From: Camelus ferus
Taxonomy: Eukaryota
DNA length: 64,000 nucleotides
Assembly: GCF_009834535.1 (NCBI RefSeq)
Contig: NC_045714.1
Location: 6,262,001 to 6,326,000, forward strand
Direction of reading: 5' to 3'
Shown here: in pieces, positions 25,626-37,023 of the stretch
How the letters are laid out: each line of letters starts with the position of its first letter
Numbering within the stretch: position 1 is the stretch's first letter
Made by a program: the position numbers and the translations under genes
The notes under the pieces: model-generated
What the model was told of the DNA's origin: nothing
The model's database searches: none
What the model saw: only the letters and a program-made list of their open reading frames with translations

Positions 25626-26005
25626 TGGCCTTGACAGGGCTATGCCTCCCGGCCAATATAGGTCTGGCCAGGTGCACCTTGCCTGCCCCCGAGACCCCTC
25701 TGAATGTCTTGCCAGCCTCCTAACTTCCCTGACGACCTGAAGCGGCCCCCAACACACCCTGAAAATCTTCCTGGCTGCCCTTAGCACCACAAAGAGCATC
25801 ATCAGGTCCTCATGAAGCCGCTGCCCGTAGCTCAGGCTGCCCGTGAACCCCAGTGTGCCCGGATGAGATCAGGAAACGCTCCCCTGGCAGGATCTCACAT
25901 TTCCTCTCCAGCATTACATCATAAGAAATTATAATAATAACGTCATCAGTTCTTATAGTATTAGTAATAATAACAATAACATAATGACTTTCAACAGTAA
26001 TTAGT

Positions 26006-26225
26006 AATTTACTCTGCATTCAGCTTGCACATTTACTTAACTTTTGCAGGTGGCAGACTTTCTGAAATACCAGTGTTACTGAACCAACCTGTATATGTTC
26101 AAAGTTATAAACAATTTTCTCTTTCTTATTCTAAAAAACTAAATGCTGCAGCTGCCTACAAAATTCAGTGCAAGAGTTCAACACTTTAAAATCATCAACA
26201 AAAAGAAAGTGCACCCTTCTCATCC
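26006..26225 (+). other. Paralogous acceptor-plus-exon-like cassette, copy A
   Basis: Branch/acceptor tacttaacttttgcag|G (AG at 26048-49); frame GRLSEIPVLLNQPVYVQSY..KIQCKSSTL* stops at 26187. Confidence 0.5.
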
Positions 26226-26631
26226 CCCACCCAGTACACACGTACATTAATTCATTGTGTCATTATAAACGTAAATGCTGCAGCAGGAGGTTCCCAGCCC
26301 AGACGTGTCCTCACACAGGCCTCAATCTGGCCATGCTGCCTGCACCTGGATTCCTAATTTGGGTCCCAGGCACTGGCCCATGTCATCTGAGAAAGAGCTG
26401 CTTTGGCCAATGTCATAGGCAGGGGGAACAACCATGTGACCGCTTGCAGACGGGAGAGCTATGGTGGGTGGTGGGAGGGATGTAGACAGCCTGGCTGGGG
26501 AACATTGAGTCATTCGAGTGGGATATTGTGCCCCTGGCGGTGCCAGAGCAGCAGGAAAGCCCTGGCTTCTGACCCACGCTGGGGTGCAGGTATCTTCGCT
26601 GTGGCTGGGATTGTGCTGTATCATCCTGGGA

Positions 26632-26837
26632 TGGTCGTCCTCAGCTGGGAAAGTTTTGCTCCCCTCTTCGCAATCGCTAGGGATATTTTTCTGGAGGTGT
26701 TTTTGATCGTCACAACTGGCACCTGGTGGGTAGGGGCAACATGTGCTGCTAAATACTCTGCAATGCTCAGGGCAGCTTCCTCCCCACAAAACAAAGAGTA
26801 ATCCTGCCCCCAGTAGTGCTGACCTTGAGAAATCCTG
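26632..26837 (+). mobile_element. MER20 hAT MITE
   Basis: tttttgatcgtcacaactgg..gggtaggggc..tgctgctaaa..gtagtgctgaccttgagaaatcctg. Confidence 0.8.
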
Positions 26838-27009
26838 CTTTAGAGGTTCACAGGCCTCTATTTTCCCAGCTTTCTGACTTCCGACCACTTCATAGTCTGG
26901 GGATCTTTTTCTTTCTCTTCCTGCTGTTGTGGATGTAACTTCCCTCTGTTATCTTCTAAGGTACTTCACTCTTCAGAGAGCTGAGTCTTTCACCAGCCTC
27001 AGAGATGAA

Positions 27010-27390
27010 CTGTGACAGGTCTAAGCCAATTGTGCACAGCCCAGTGCTAGATACGTCTTGCTTCTCTTGCAGTTAGAGGTTGCCATGTGACACAGTTCTG
27101 GCCAGTGAGATGTAAGGGGAAATGTGCTGAGGGATTCTGGGAAAGAGATTGCTCCTTTCGTGAGGTGTTCTGGAGAGGAGAGCTGTCTAGTGTCAGCGCC
27201 TATAGCTTCCTTGCCTGGAGCACCCATGTGGGTATGTGGTGTATAGGGCTACAGCAGCCATTTTGTGACCATGAGGAAAGTCAGGAGAATGACAGAGATG
27301 TCTTGACTTTGGTGAGCCACTGAATAAATCCTGGAGACATCCACTTCTAGGCCTCTTGTTAAATATCCTTAGAGTTTAGACCATACTTGC
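27010..27390. mobile_element. Old MaLR LTR (MLT1J/K-like)
   Basis: ccatgtgacacagttctggccagtgagatgtaag..cagccattttgtgaccatgagg. Confidence 0.7.
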
Positions 27391-27859
27391 CACAACTTGG
27401 GCAAGCGACTCTCTCTCTTACTCTTGTGTACGAAGGGAAGAATAAATACTGCATAAAGTTGTTGTAGAGATCTGAGGAGATGATATATGTAAAACAGATG
27501 CCTAAGTGCCTGGAATATAATAAATATTCAATGTATTGTAAGTGCTTTTGTTACTGTCACTATTAACTGAATTAATCAGGGATGATATTGTGGGTCTTAC
27601 GGTGAGATTCTTTTATTAATTAATCATTCACTTATCCAACAAATATGTATCAGAAGCGGCCATGCTAAGATACTGGAAATGATAGGAAATATTTAAAAAA
27701 TACAATTAGAGGAAAACAGTACCCAGTAAGTTGTATATTAGACCTCATCAGAATTCCCTTCTATTTAAAAGCAGTATTTTGTCAACTTTAGTTTTCTGCA
27801 TTCCTTGTATTTGTCATATCCATTTACCATGTCCTTGCCAGAGAACAATACCTGTGCTG

Positions 27860-28120
27860 CACCTGACAAGGTGTTTCTTTGAACCAATGCACCCCTTTTG
27901 GTTAATTTGGATTTATTTTAAAAAAAGAAGCATTGTATCATCACTGTGATAAATGGAAAACCAACATCAATTGACATGTATGAAAAATAGCCAAAATATA
28001 AATGCAGTGAGACTCCCTAATGTTATTAAATTAAAACAAAATACTCACTTGTGTGCTACCTATGATTTCATTTTGCACACCACGGTTGTACCTATACTGC
28101 ACTTAGCAAAACATTGCAGG
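27860..28120. mobile_element. hAT-Charlie fragment (Charlie4/MER113-like)
   Basis: gataaatggaaaaccaacatc..aatgttattaaatt..caccacggttgtacc. Confidence 0.55.
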
Positions 28121-28404
28121 GAATAATCATACTTAGTGGAAACGTTTTAAAGTTTAAGAATCGCCTGAGATTCATACATGTGCAGTGGGTCTGGATATAG
28201 AAGTTAGACATAAATAATACGATTATTATGCCTAATTATTCCTCGGCAGTTCATCATACTTAGAGGAAAGTTACTATGAAATACAGTGTGACTTTCTGGT
28301 TAGCAGTATTTTCCCCTCCTTATTAGGCTTATGAAACATTTCTCTGTCACAGTCCCCGAGACACCACATGTGAACGTAGGAATCCAGTACTCCCTCTCAC
28401 CAGG

Positions 28405-28625
28405 AATTTACTCTGCATTCAGCGTGCACGTTTACTTAACTTTTGCAGGTTATGGACTTTCTGAAAAATCACTGTTACTGAACCAGCCTGTTTATGTCCA
28501 ACGTTACCAACTGTTTTTTTTTCTTTTTTGTTCTGGAAGACTCTTCATGCTGCAGTTTCCTGTAAAATTCAGTGTAAGATTCCAACACCTTTCAAATTGT
28601 TGACAAAAAGGTCACCCCCCCTCCC
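28405..28625 (+). other. Paralogous acceptor-plus-exon-like cassette, copy B
   Basis: Same acceptor (AG at 28447-48); YGLSEKSLLLNQPVYVQRY then a shifted frame AAVSCKIQCK; GT at 28611. Confidence 0.5.
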
Positions 28626-28639
28626 CCGCTGCCCTCCCT

Positions 28640-29230
28640 CTACCCTGGGATTTGGGGGTGTATCTGTCTATATAGCTCCCCAAACATTCAGGCCCCCAGA
28701 ACTTGTTTCTGAATTATTCCAGTTGCTTCTCTGATGCTGCCTCTCACCTGAACCAAACACATTTCTCACGATACGTTCAGATTCTTGTCCTGAACTGTGT
28801 TACCCTCTCTTTCCCTTTGAAAAAAACAGTCAGAACTCAGTTAAGCATTCAGGGTTCTCCACAGTGTGATTCTAACCTGCCTCCCTAACGTTGACCCCCT
28901 CGTGTTTCTCACGTGGCCGTCGACTGAACGTGGACACTGTTCTCTGCACACAGCCCACGCTCTTGTGCTTGTGGTCCTTGTGGTCCTTGTGGTCCTTGTC
29001 ACTGCTTCCTCTTGGACACTCCTCTCTCAATCTTATCCATCCTTCCAAGTTGAGTTTAATAGGCACCTCTGGCAGGAAGGCTCCTGGACTGTCTATTCAC
29101 TGCTGTTGATCCATCTCGCCACCTGCTACACTGTACCTTATCATTTGTGTACCTCTCAGGGTCTTTCCAGCCAGTTTCCACGCTTTCTGGGTAAGGAAGC
29201 ACTTGTGATTCATTTCTCTATCTGGTCGTG
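28640..29230 (+). mobile_element. L2 fragment
   Basis: L2-like text ending gtaaggaagcacttgtgattcatttctcta. Confidence 0.5.
28968..28999 (+). repeat. 9-bp tandem repeat (CTTGTGGTC)3.5
   Basis: Direct reading. Confidence 0.9.
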
Positions 29231-29541
29231 ATTCCTGCGGTGGCCCACTGGGATGACAACAGGGAAAAGGCAGTAATGTGCGTGGATAAGGATCTGACTG
29301 GGATTCAAGGGGGCTCCGGGTAGCTAGAGATGGCTTGCCCCTGGTCGGAGGACAGCATTCAGCTAATTGTTGCCGCAAGATAATTCAGCCCGGCACTGCT
29401 GGAGCCTGTTTTTCCAAGAGGAGCCTGAAATCTGGAGTTTTATGAGAAACCTTGTCTAATGGGCCATGCAGCACGGAGTCTCTGGTTTCACACTGTTGAT
29501 ATTCCGGCCTGATACCCATCTGCAGTGTACGTTACTGAATG

Positions 29542-30124
29542 TGTGGACAATGTCACCTGCCATTTCAGGAAACAAAGGCTGTTGCGAGGGGGAGGGTAGA
29601 GCTCAGTGGTAGAGCACATGCTTAGCATGCACGAGGTTGTGGGTTCAATCCCCAGTACCGCCAGTAAAATAAATAAATAAAAACCGAATCACCCCTCTAC
29701 TCCCAAAACAGGATGTTGCAGCCATAAAGCCATCAGCCACTGCAGCCGCCCCTGACAGTGCACCCAGGGGGGAATTCAGGATGGAGAGAGAGGGATGCTG
29801 GCCTCAGCTAGTTAAGATGCATATCGAAAAGATATCTTCCTCGAGCCCAGACTTTTGCATCTTCCCATGCATGGAAAAGCAATAAAGTCATTAACTTGAG
29901 GCGTCTGGTTTTATGACTAGCAGTGATTTTTTGATGTTCGATTGCATGTTTTATTTTTGTTTTTCAGCAAAAATGTCTATATATCCTGGCTCCTCCGTTA
30001 CCTCTTCGGAGCAGTCCCTCAGAGCTATCTGAGAGGCTGCTACCCCGGGCTGTAGTCCTCAGTAAGGCTACCAGATAACACATAATTCTCAACATTTAGG
30101 TCGTGCATTTTTTTTCAGTCAACA
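29542..30124 (+). mobile_element. ERV1-type solo LTR (interrupted by a SINE)
   Basis: TG..CA ends (tgtggacaatgtcacc / cagtcaaca), flanks aatg/agtg, internal gttaagatgcatatc..gagcccagactttt and tatatatcctggctcc. Confidence 0.8.
29588..29708 (+). mobile_element. Camelid tRNA-derived SINE (Vic-1-like)
   Basis: ggggagggtagagctcagtggtagagc (A-box), gggttcaatccccagtacc (B-box), AT-rich then C-rich tail; duplicated target agg(c/a)tgttgc. Confidence 0.88.
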
Positions 30125-31509
30125 AGTGAACAACTGTATATTGAATAATGTAGAAATGGAAACCAGCTCACCCCACTAACGATTTTATTTGTCCTGTGCT
30201 TGAAACCACTGGTTTGCTGGTGGGGTTTTCCCCCCCGATGACTGAATTTGGCAGGGATGTAGCTGGAGTTTATGGGGTGCTTACTCTGGGCAGGCCTGGC
30301 TCTGGGTCCTGGAGGAGAGTGTGCTCATTTTATCATCCTGATGGCCATGAAGTAGTCACTGTTATTACGCCCAGAAAGATGAAGCAAGCTGCCAGGTGGC
30401 AGAAGGGCTTGCATGGGGCTGAGGTGAGATTTGAACCTGAGGCATCATGTCTGAGCTGGGGCTGAGCCACGAGGCATCAAGAGTCAAACCCCAGGTGACA
30501 CTGCCAGTCATGAGCCAAGGGCACAGAGCAGAGAGCATCCTCGCTCCACAGTGCCTGTAACTGTGTTGATTTAGCTCCATTTTGGCCCCTCTTTCTGGGT
30601 CCCGTGCTTCCCAGAGTGACTAAGCCCATCCGGATTAAACATTCAGGGAGGCGAGGGGTCTTGCTGAGGAGGCTGGGGGAAGGCAGGGTGAGCATGATTA
30701 AGCACCATTAGAACGTCTGGAAGGGTGATGCAGTGAAAGTGAAGAGAGAATAAATAATTCGGTTGGAGGGGAAGACCGCCGACCGTGAGATTGCTGCTGT
30801 CCCACAGCCGAAAACGGTCTGTGAGATGAATCACAAATAGCACCTGCCTGGACTTTGTGTCCGGGAGGAATGACTCTCTCTGCAAGCCTGGCGTTTGGGG
30901 ACCCATGTTACCTGCCCCTGTTCCAAGCAAACCTTATCTCCTGCAACACCTGTCTTTATTTCTCCCAACTANNNNNNNNNNNNNNNNNNNNNNNNNNNNN
31001 NNNNNNNNNNNNNNNNNNNNNNNNNNNNNNNNNNNNNNNNNNNNNNNNNNNNNNNNNNNNNNNNNNNNNNNNNNNNNNNNNNNNNNNNNNNNNNNNNNNN
31101 NAAGAGAGTATGTGCCTGGCACTACTTCAAGGGCTTTACATGCTTTAATCCATCTAACAATCCTAGCAACTTATGAGGTAGGTCTGGTATTAGTCCCTTT
31201 TTTTACAGATGAAGAAACGAGGCATCAAGAGGTGAAGGTTACTCAGAGGGATTTGAATCTACACGGTGTGGCTTGAGAGCCTGTGCTGTTAATTCCTGGC
31301 CATAGAGAGCGGCCCCTCGGCTCGCTGGGCCCCCTGCCCACCCCTGCCCATCAGTGGTGGTCTCTTCCCCCAAGGTCATGACCGGTGTCAGAGCCCCTCT
31401 TGTTCCCGGGCCCTTTATCTGTATTTACAACATCATTCGCTACTTATTCCTCTCTAATCTCCTTCGTAAAGTAAATTTACATGTTAATACCCGCAGATCC
31501 ATTTCATTC

Positions 31510-32140
31510 TTTTTTGCAGTGACAGTGGTAGGAAAATATATACAACATAAAATTTGCTATTTTAACAATTTTTCAGCACACAGTTTGGTGGCGTTATATT
31601 CATATTGTTGCACAACCAAACCATCATCACCATCCAACTCCAGAACGTCTTCATCACCCTGAACTGAAATTCTATACCCATTAAACACTAATTCCCCACT
31701 CTCCCTCCCCCAGCCCCTGGCAACCACCATTCCACTCTGTTTCTATGCATTTGACTATTCTAAATTCCTCATATGGTTGGAATCAAAAGCTCTTAGTCCT
31801 TTTGTGTCTGGCTTATTTCCCTTAGCATCATGTCTTCAGGGTTCATCCATGTTATNNNNNNNNNNNNNNNNNNNNNNNNNNNNNNNNNNNNNNNNNNNNN
31901 NNNNNNNNNNNNNNNNNNNNNNNNNNNNNNNNNNNNNNNNNNNNNNNNNNNNNNNNNNNNNNNNNNNNNNNNNNNNNNNNNNNNNNNNNNNNNNNNNNNN
32001 NNNNNNNNNNNNNNNNNNNNNNNNNNNNNNNNNNNNNNNNNNNTGGGGGTATATGCCTGGAAGTACAATTGCTGCGTCATATGGCAGATCTGGGTTTAAT
32101 TTGTTGGGGGACCTGCCATACTGTTTTCCTCATTTCATTC
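31510..32140 (-). mobile_element. L1MB-like 3' fragment
   Basis: cccagcccctggcaaccaccattc..ggcttatttcccttagcatcatgtcttcagggttcatccatgtt; minus frame ITWMNPEDMMLREISQTQKD. Confidence 0.85.
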
Positions 32141-33509
32141 TTTTTATGCTGCCATATGGCATTCTATTCCATTTGGCTTCACTTTATAATCAACGCTCCA
32201 GTGGCCATCTTTGGACATGTCTCCATGTGCACTCAGGAATGTTTATCTAAGATAGATACTGAACAAATCAATGCTGTTGGGTTGAGGATAGTTTTGACTA
32301 ACGTGTTTAATTTCACTGGACTAGGGGTTTAGTCTCCTGTGTCAAGCCCATGATCTTGTATGATCTCACTCATCTTCCGTCACTCAAGCTGTGCCCAGTG
32401 ACTCCCCAAAGAACATGGCAGAACAACCAGCCACTCCCACCTCAGCCCGGGGGAGCTGGCCTTTAGCTTCCTTTGTCTGTCCCAAGGCTGTGTCTCAATA
32501 GTAACACTCAAGCTCTACCGTCTGTGTCTCTTAAAAAGTTCCCTCCTTTAGTCGTGAATACCAGCACCCCAATGGCCATCCTTCCATTCAGGTTGTACAG
32601 TGTCTTCTCCCAGAATTATCACCCTCACTAGTTTCTGCTTAATTATTCCCATCTCTAGTTATTCCTACCTCAGTTCCACCTCTTCCAGGAAGCCTTCCCT
32701 GCTTACTCCCATTCATCCTTATGTTTCTTTTCTGAACTTGATAATAATTTCAGGTGCTGCACATGTATTGCCTTTGAAAAATCATTGCACAAGTTCTATG
32801 TGGCATAAACTGTATTTACGTTTTAAGAGGAAGAACAGGCACAGAGAGGTGAAGCAGCTTGCTCCAAGTTACCACGCTGTCCAGTAGCAGAGCTGGTGCC
32901 AAGCTGAAGCAGTTGGGCTTCAGAGCCTTGAAATTCATGGTGTGAATTTCTCTTGCTTTTGCTACGTTGCTGTCTGAACTCTTCACTTTGTCACATCATC
33001 ATAAACCACCTGCCATTGCCCCTAACGCACAATAAGGTTGATGCCCTTCTCAAGGAGGCTGTCTTTTCCTTCCCTAGTCTTCTAGGCACACAGTAGGTTC
33101 TTGGTGAATGTTTCTTGTCTTTGTCTCATTACCATCTGTGAGTCAGCCTGCAGGCTGTTTTCCAGGAAAGAAGGTAAGTAATTTCCTGTCATCAGTGGAG
33201 GCAGGCTGATGGTAAAGGATTCTTAAAAAGACAGTCTTTCTGTTTGTGAAAAAGAGGAAAGGAGATGCAGCTAACTCAAGAAGCAGAGTGAGTCACTGAC
33301 CCTGACTTCCAGAGGGGAGTGACGATCAACATTAACTTATCTGAAGTGTATTACACCTGTAGGTATCAGATCCCAAAACGGGCAAACTAAAACAGTTCCT
33401 GACTTCGGGGGCTCACAGTGGTCAAGACTGGGAGGTAAAGATGCAATGACAAGAAAAGGTGGTAAATTCTAAGAACAAGTCATTGCAGAGAAGGGATGCC
33501 TCGTGCTCA

Positions 33510-33690
33510 CAGGTGTGTGAGTGTACGTGGTTGTATGTGAGCGAGTGTGTAAATACATAGGCATTCATGGAGATGAGGGAGTCCACTGGGAGTTTGTGAG
33601 TGTGTGAGAAAGCCTGAGGAGGCGTGCATGTGTGAGTATGTGTGTGGGAACACGTGTGTTTAAATGAGCGTGCGCTTGCCTGTGTGTGTC
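33510..33690. repeat. Degenerate TG-rich low-complexity tract
   Basis: Interrupted tgtg runs. Confidence 0.7.
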
Positions 33691-33730
33691 TCTGGCTAAG
33701 CGGTAGGTAAGTCTTCCTGAAGGAGCTGAT

Positions 33731-34240
33731 TTTATTCATTATCTGTTGCTGTGTAACAAGTGACAAAACCTAGTGGCTTAAAACGGCAAACGTTTGCCCA
33801 CAGTTTCGTGGGTCAGAAATCAGGGCTTAGTTGGGTGCCCCGCCTCATCTTTCACGGGCTGCTGTCAAGGTGGGGTCTCATCTAAAGGCTCAACTGGGGA
33901 GGGAGCTCCCTCCCATGGCTGTGGTCAGGACTCAGTTCCTCGTGGGCCACAGGAACCGCCCTCGGTTCCTCGTCACGTGAGCCTCTCCATGGGACATCTT
34001 ATAACGTGACAGCTGGCTTCCAACAGAGCAAGTGAGGTAGCGAGGGTGACAGAGGGCAAGATAGTGACCAGAGTCTTTTTGTCACCTAGTTTCAAAAGTA
34101 GCAGTCCACCACTTTTGCCATATTCTGTTTGTTAGAAGTGTCAGAGGGTCCAGCCCTACACTCAAGGGGAGGAGGTTACACAAGGATGTGAACACTAGGA
34201 GGTGGGACTCACCGAGAAGCATCTTAGAGACTGCCTGGCC
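33731..34240 (-). mobile_element. MaLR LTR (MLT1F/G-like)
   Basis: ttgctgtgtaacaa..agtggcttaaaac..aggctcaactggggagggagc..catcttagagactgcct. Confidence 0.8.
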
Positions 34241-34814
34241 TCTTCAGCTGAACCTTTAAGATGACCAGGAGTTAATCAGGTGAGTAACGGTCAGAAGGGT
34301 GTTCTAGGCAGAGAGAGCTGGTGAGCAGAAGTACACACATAGAAGAGAGCGCACGGCCTTGGGGAAAGGCAGTGCCCCGTGTGGCTGGCAGGAGGTTGAG
34401 CACGTGCACACACACAGCTGTGATTACAGGGAGGCATGAGAAAAGAGAGGTGAATTCAGAGCATGTATTTGCCACAGAGGCGATATCACCAACAGGGAAA
34501 AAAAATTAGTTTTTGCCAGGAGTGAAAAATTTTAGCTATTACAATGATAAATGTTCCTCCAGAACTCAGCCCTCTACAGTATATCTAAGGTATTAAATTT
34601 CATGAGGACTAGAGGGTCAATTAGGAAAACACTGTCCAAAAGAATCTTTGGAGTGGGAGTGGCAATGGAAAAAAAGGTCAAGAAACTCTGATCTGAAAAG
34701 GTCAGAGAACCATTTACTGAGTACTTGCGATCTGTCAGACATTGTGTTAAGGGCTTCCTATACATTATGTAATTCAACAACCCTGTATCATCTGCATTTT
34801 AGGGGCAAGAAGAC

Positions 34815-35380
34815 TGGGGTAGGTGGCTTCTGACATGGCCCCCAGTGATCCCCACCTTCTGGTGTTCATGCCTCTGTGTGATCCTCTCCCCTTTACTAGT
34901 GACTGGCTGCTAACAAACAGAATCTAGAAGAAGGTGTAAGATGTCATAGCTGTGATGGGGTTATAAAGATGGGTTTCTTTGACGACCTAATCATGTCAGT
35001 AACACTCTCTTCTGGCACTTTCTCTCTTCTGGCTCTTCTTACGTGGCTGCTGCTGATGAAGTGATCAGGACACACCCAGGCGGCAAGGAGCTGAGGGCAC
35101 CTCCTGCCAGCTGTCAGCAAGGAAGTGAGGTTCTTACTCTGAAAGCTCCCAAATGATTGAATGCTTCAAACACCACAGGAGTGAGCTTGGAAGTGTATCC
35201 TTCTCCCAGTTGAACCTTCAGATAGGACCACAGCCCCAGCTGACACCTTGACTGCAGAGGACCCAATGGAGCCACCTCTCAATTCCTGACCCCTAGAAAT
35301 TGTAAGGTAACAAATGTGTGTTGTTTTAAGCCTCTAACTTTTGGGATAATTAAAAAATGCAGCAAAATATAACTGATATA
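34815..35380 (+). mobile_element. MaLR LTR (MLT1E/H-like) inserted into a MIR
   Basis: atggcccccagtgatccccacctt..gctgacaccttgactgcag..aactgatata; flanks aagac/aaaac; MIR halves on both sides. Confidence 0.82.
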
Positions 35381-36439
35381 AAAACAGACAGGCTCAGAGA
35401 GGTGAAGATACTTGTCCAAGGTCACACAGCTAAGCTCCTGGTATACTACTTCTCAGCTCAACTCTCCTTATCACCACCTCTGTGCCTCTAGAGTCTAGAT
35501 CATAATGGCCTTAAATGCGTGGTGCAGGAGTGAGGTCCTTTTCATGAAGGTAACAGGAAGCTGCTAATGGTTTTTGGGGGCGACATGGGGTATGGCAAAG
35601 CTTGTGTCTTCTTGAATCAAATGTCCAGATTCCAGCTGGCAATGGCTAGCCTGGGAACCAGGGACATCTGGATCATGCTGGCCAGACCTTGGAGTGTCCG
35701 CAGGAGTTAAGCGGAGGGGCAGATGCAGAAAAATAAGTACCCCCTTATTCTCCTTGCCACCGCGGTTTCCTGAGGATGCATGCATGTTCAGAGGGAAGGC
35801 AAGGAGAAATCCAGGGCTGACACAAAAGCGCAGGCACTGTTTTCTGTGACAGTCACAGAGACATGAGGGTGATATTATCTGAGTTTGGGCAGTCACTGCA
35901 GCGGGCCCCATCATGACACTCAGCCCACTCTCCCCACCGGCAGCATATCTGCGACCACCCGTGGCCCCAGATGAGAGCCGCGGGGGAGGCTGACGCCTTT
36001 CATTTCCTTGTGACAATAGTGCCGGAAAACAGCTTTCTGGACATGGCCCCAAACTGATAATTAAAGGAACGCTTTATCGCCAGCAAGGGCAGAAGCATCC
36101 ACCAATGGCCTTCCAGAAAAAGGAAAAAAATAACTAAAAAATAGCCTTTCTCCCTTCAGTCTCTTTGTGTTTGTGTGGAAATAGCTGACAGGTTTGCCAG
36201 CAGCCTCAGCTCTGTTATCTCCCCTCCATGTTTCTGCCAGGGATGCAAAGGCCACACTTTGCAGGCCGAGAGTTTCAGTTCAGTTTCACATTTCTGCTCG
36301 GACCCAGTACTCCGCTCTGGTGTCTCCATGTCTGTGGCTTCCCAGGCCCCTGTTGTTAGAAAATGCGTTGAGGTCGGCTGCAGGGGGACTCCAAACCTAG
36401 GCAAGGCCCAGGCATCATGAAGTAGGGTGGAAAGTGGGG

Positions 36440-36640
36440 GCTCTGGACTCAGGTGGCCTCGGGTGCCAGCCCGGGTCCTGGCGTTTTCTAGCTGTGTGAA
36501 CCTGGATCAGTTACCTGACTTTTCTGTGCCTCAGTTTTCTGACCTGTCAACGGTAGTACCTACCACGCAGGGGATCGGAAGGATTAAAAGGGAAGATGCA
36601 GGCAGAGCACTTGGCCTAGTGCCTAGGCATCCATGAAGCA
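36440..36640 (+). mobile_element. MIR SINE
   Basis: ctagctgtgtgaacctggatcagttacctgacttttctgtgcctcagttt. Confidence 0.8.
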
Positions 36641-37003
36641 ACCCCAAAATCTTAGCGAAATATTGATGCTAGTCGGGGTTGGGGTGGGGGGTGTTGGGGA
36701 GGGTGGGATGGAACAAGCCCGTCACCCACTAAGGTCACAGCGTGGATCTTGCGCTGCTGAGTTGAAAGGCTCGATGTCCTCCCAGGATCACCAGCTCTGG
36801 GGCCTCCCTAAAAATCAGAGCTTGTAGTCCTGCTTGTTCTCCACGAGGGGCAGTAGCAGTAGCGATTGCTGGTATCAGTTATTAAAATGTGCGCCGTGGC
36901 CCAGGGTCCAGGTCATGGAATCCATGTTTGGGAGTAAGGAAACTACAGACTGACTTGTACTTGTCTTGGGTTGTTTGAAGTGAAAGATCCAACTTGATTT
37001 ATT

Positions 37004-37023
37004 TGTGTGTGTGTGTGTGTGTG
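37004..37023. repeat. (TG)10 microsatellite
   Basis: Direct count. Confidence 0.95.

Noticed and set aside
26140-26284. 13-bp direct repeat taaatgctgcagc (26140 and 26272) as a target-site duplication
   Set aside because: The intervening sequence is homologous to cassette copy B and shows no retroelement tail, so it is not an insertion
29588-29660. tRNA gene
   Set aside because: Has tRNA-like A/B boxes but continues into a SINE tail and is flanked by a target duplication inside an LTR
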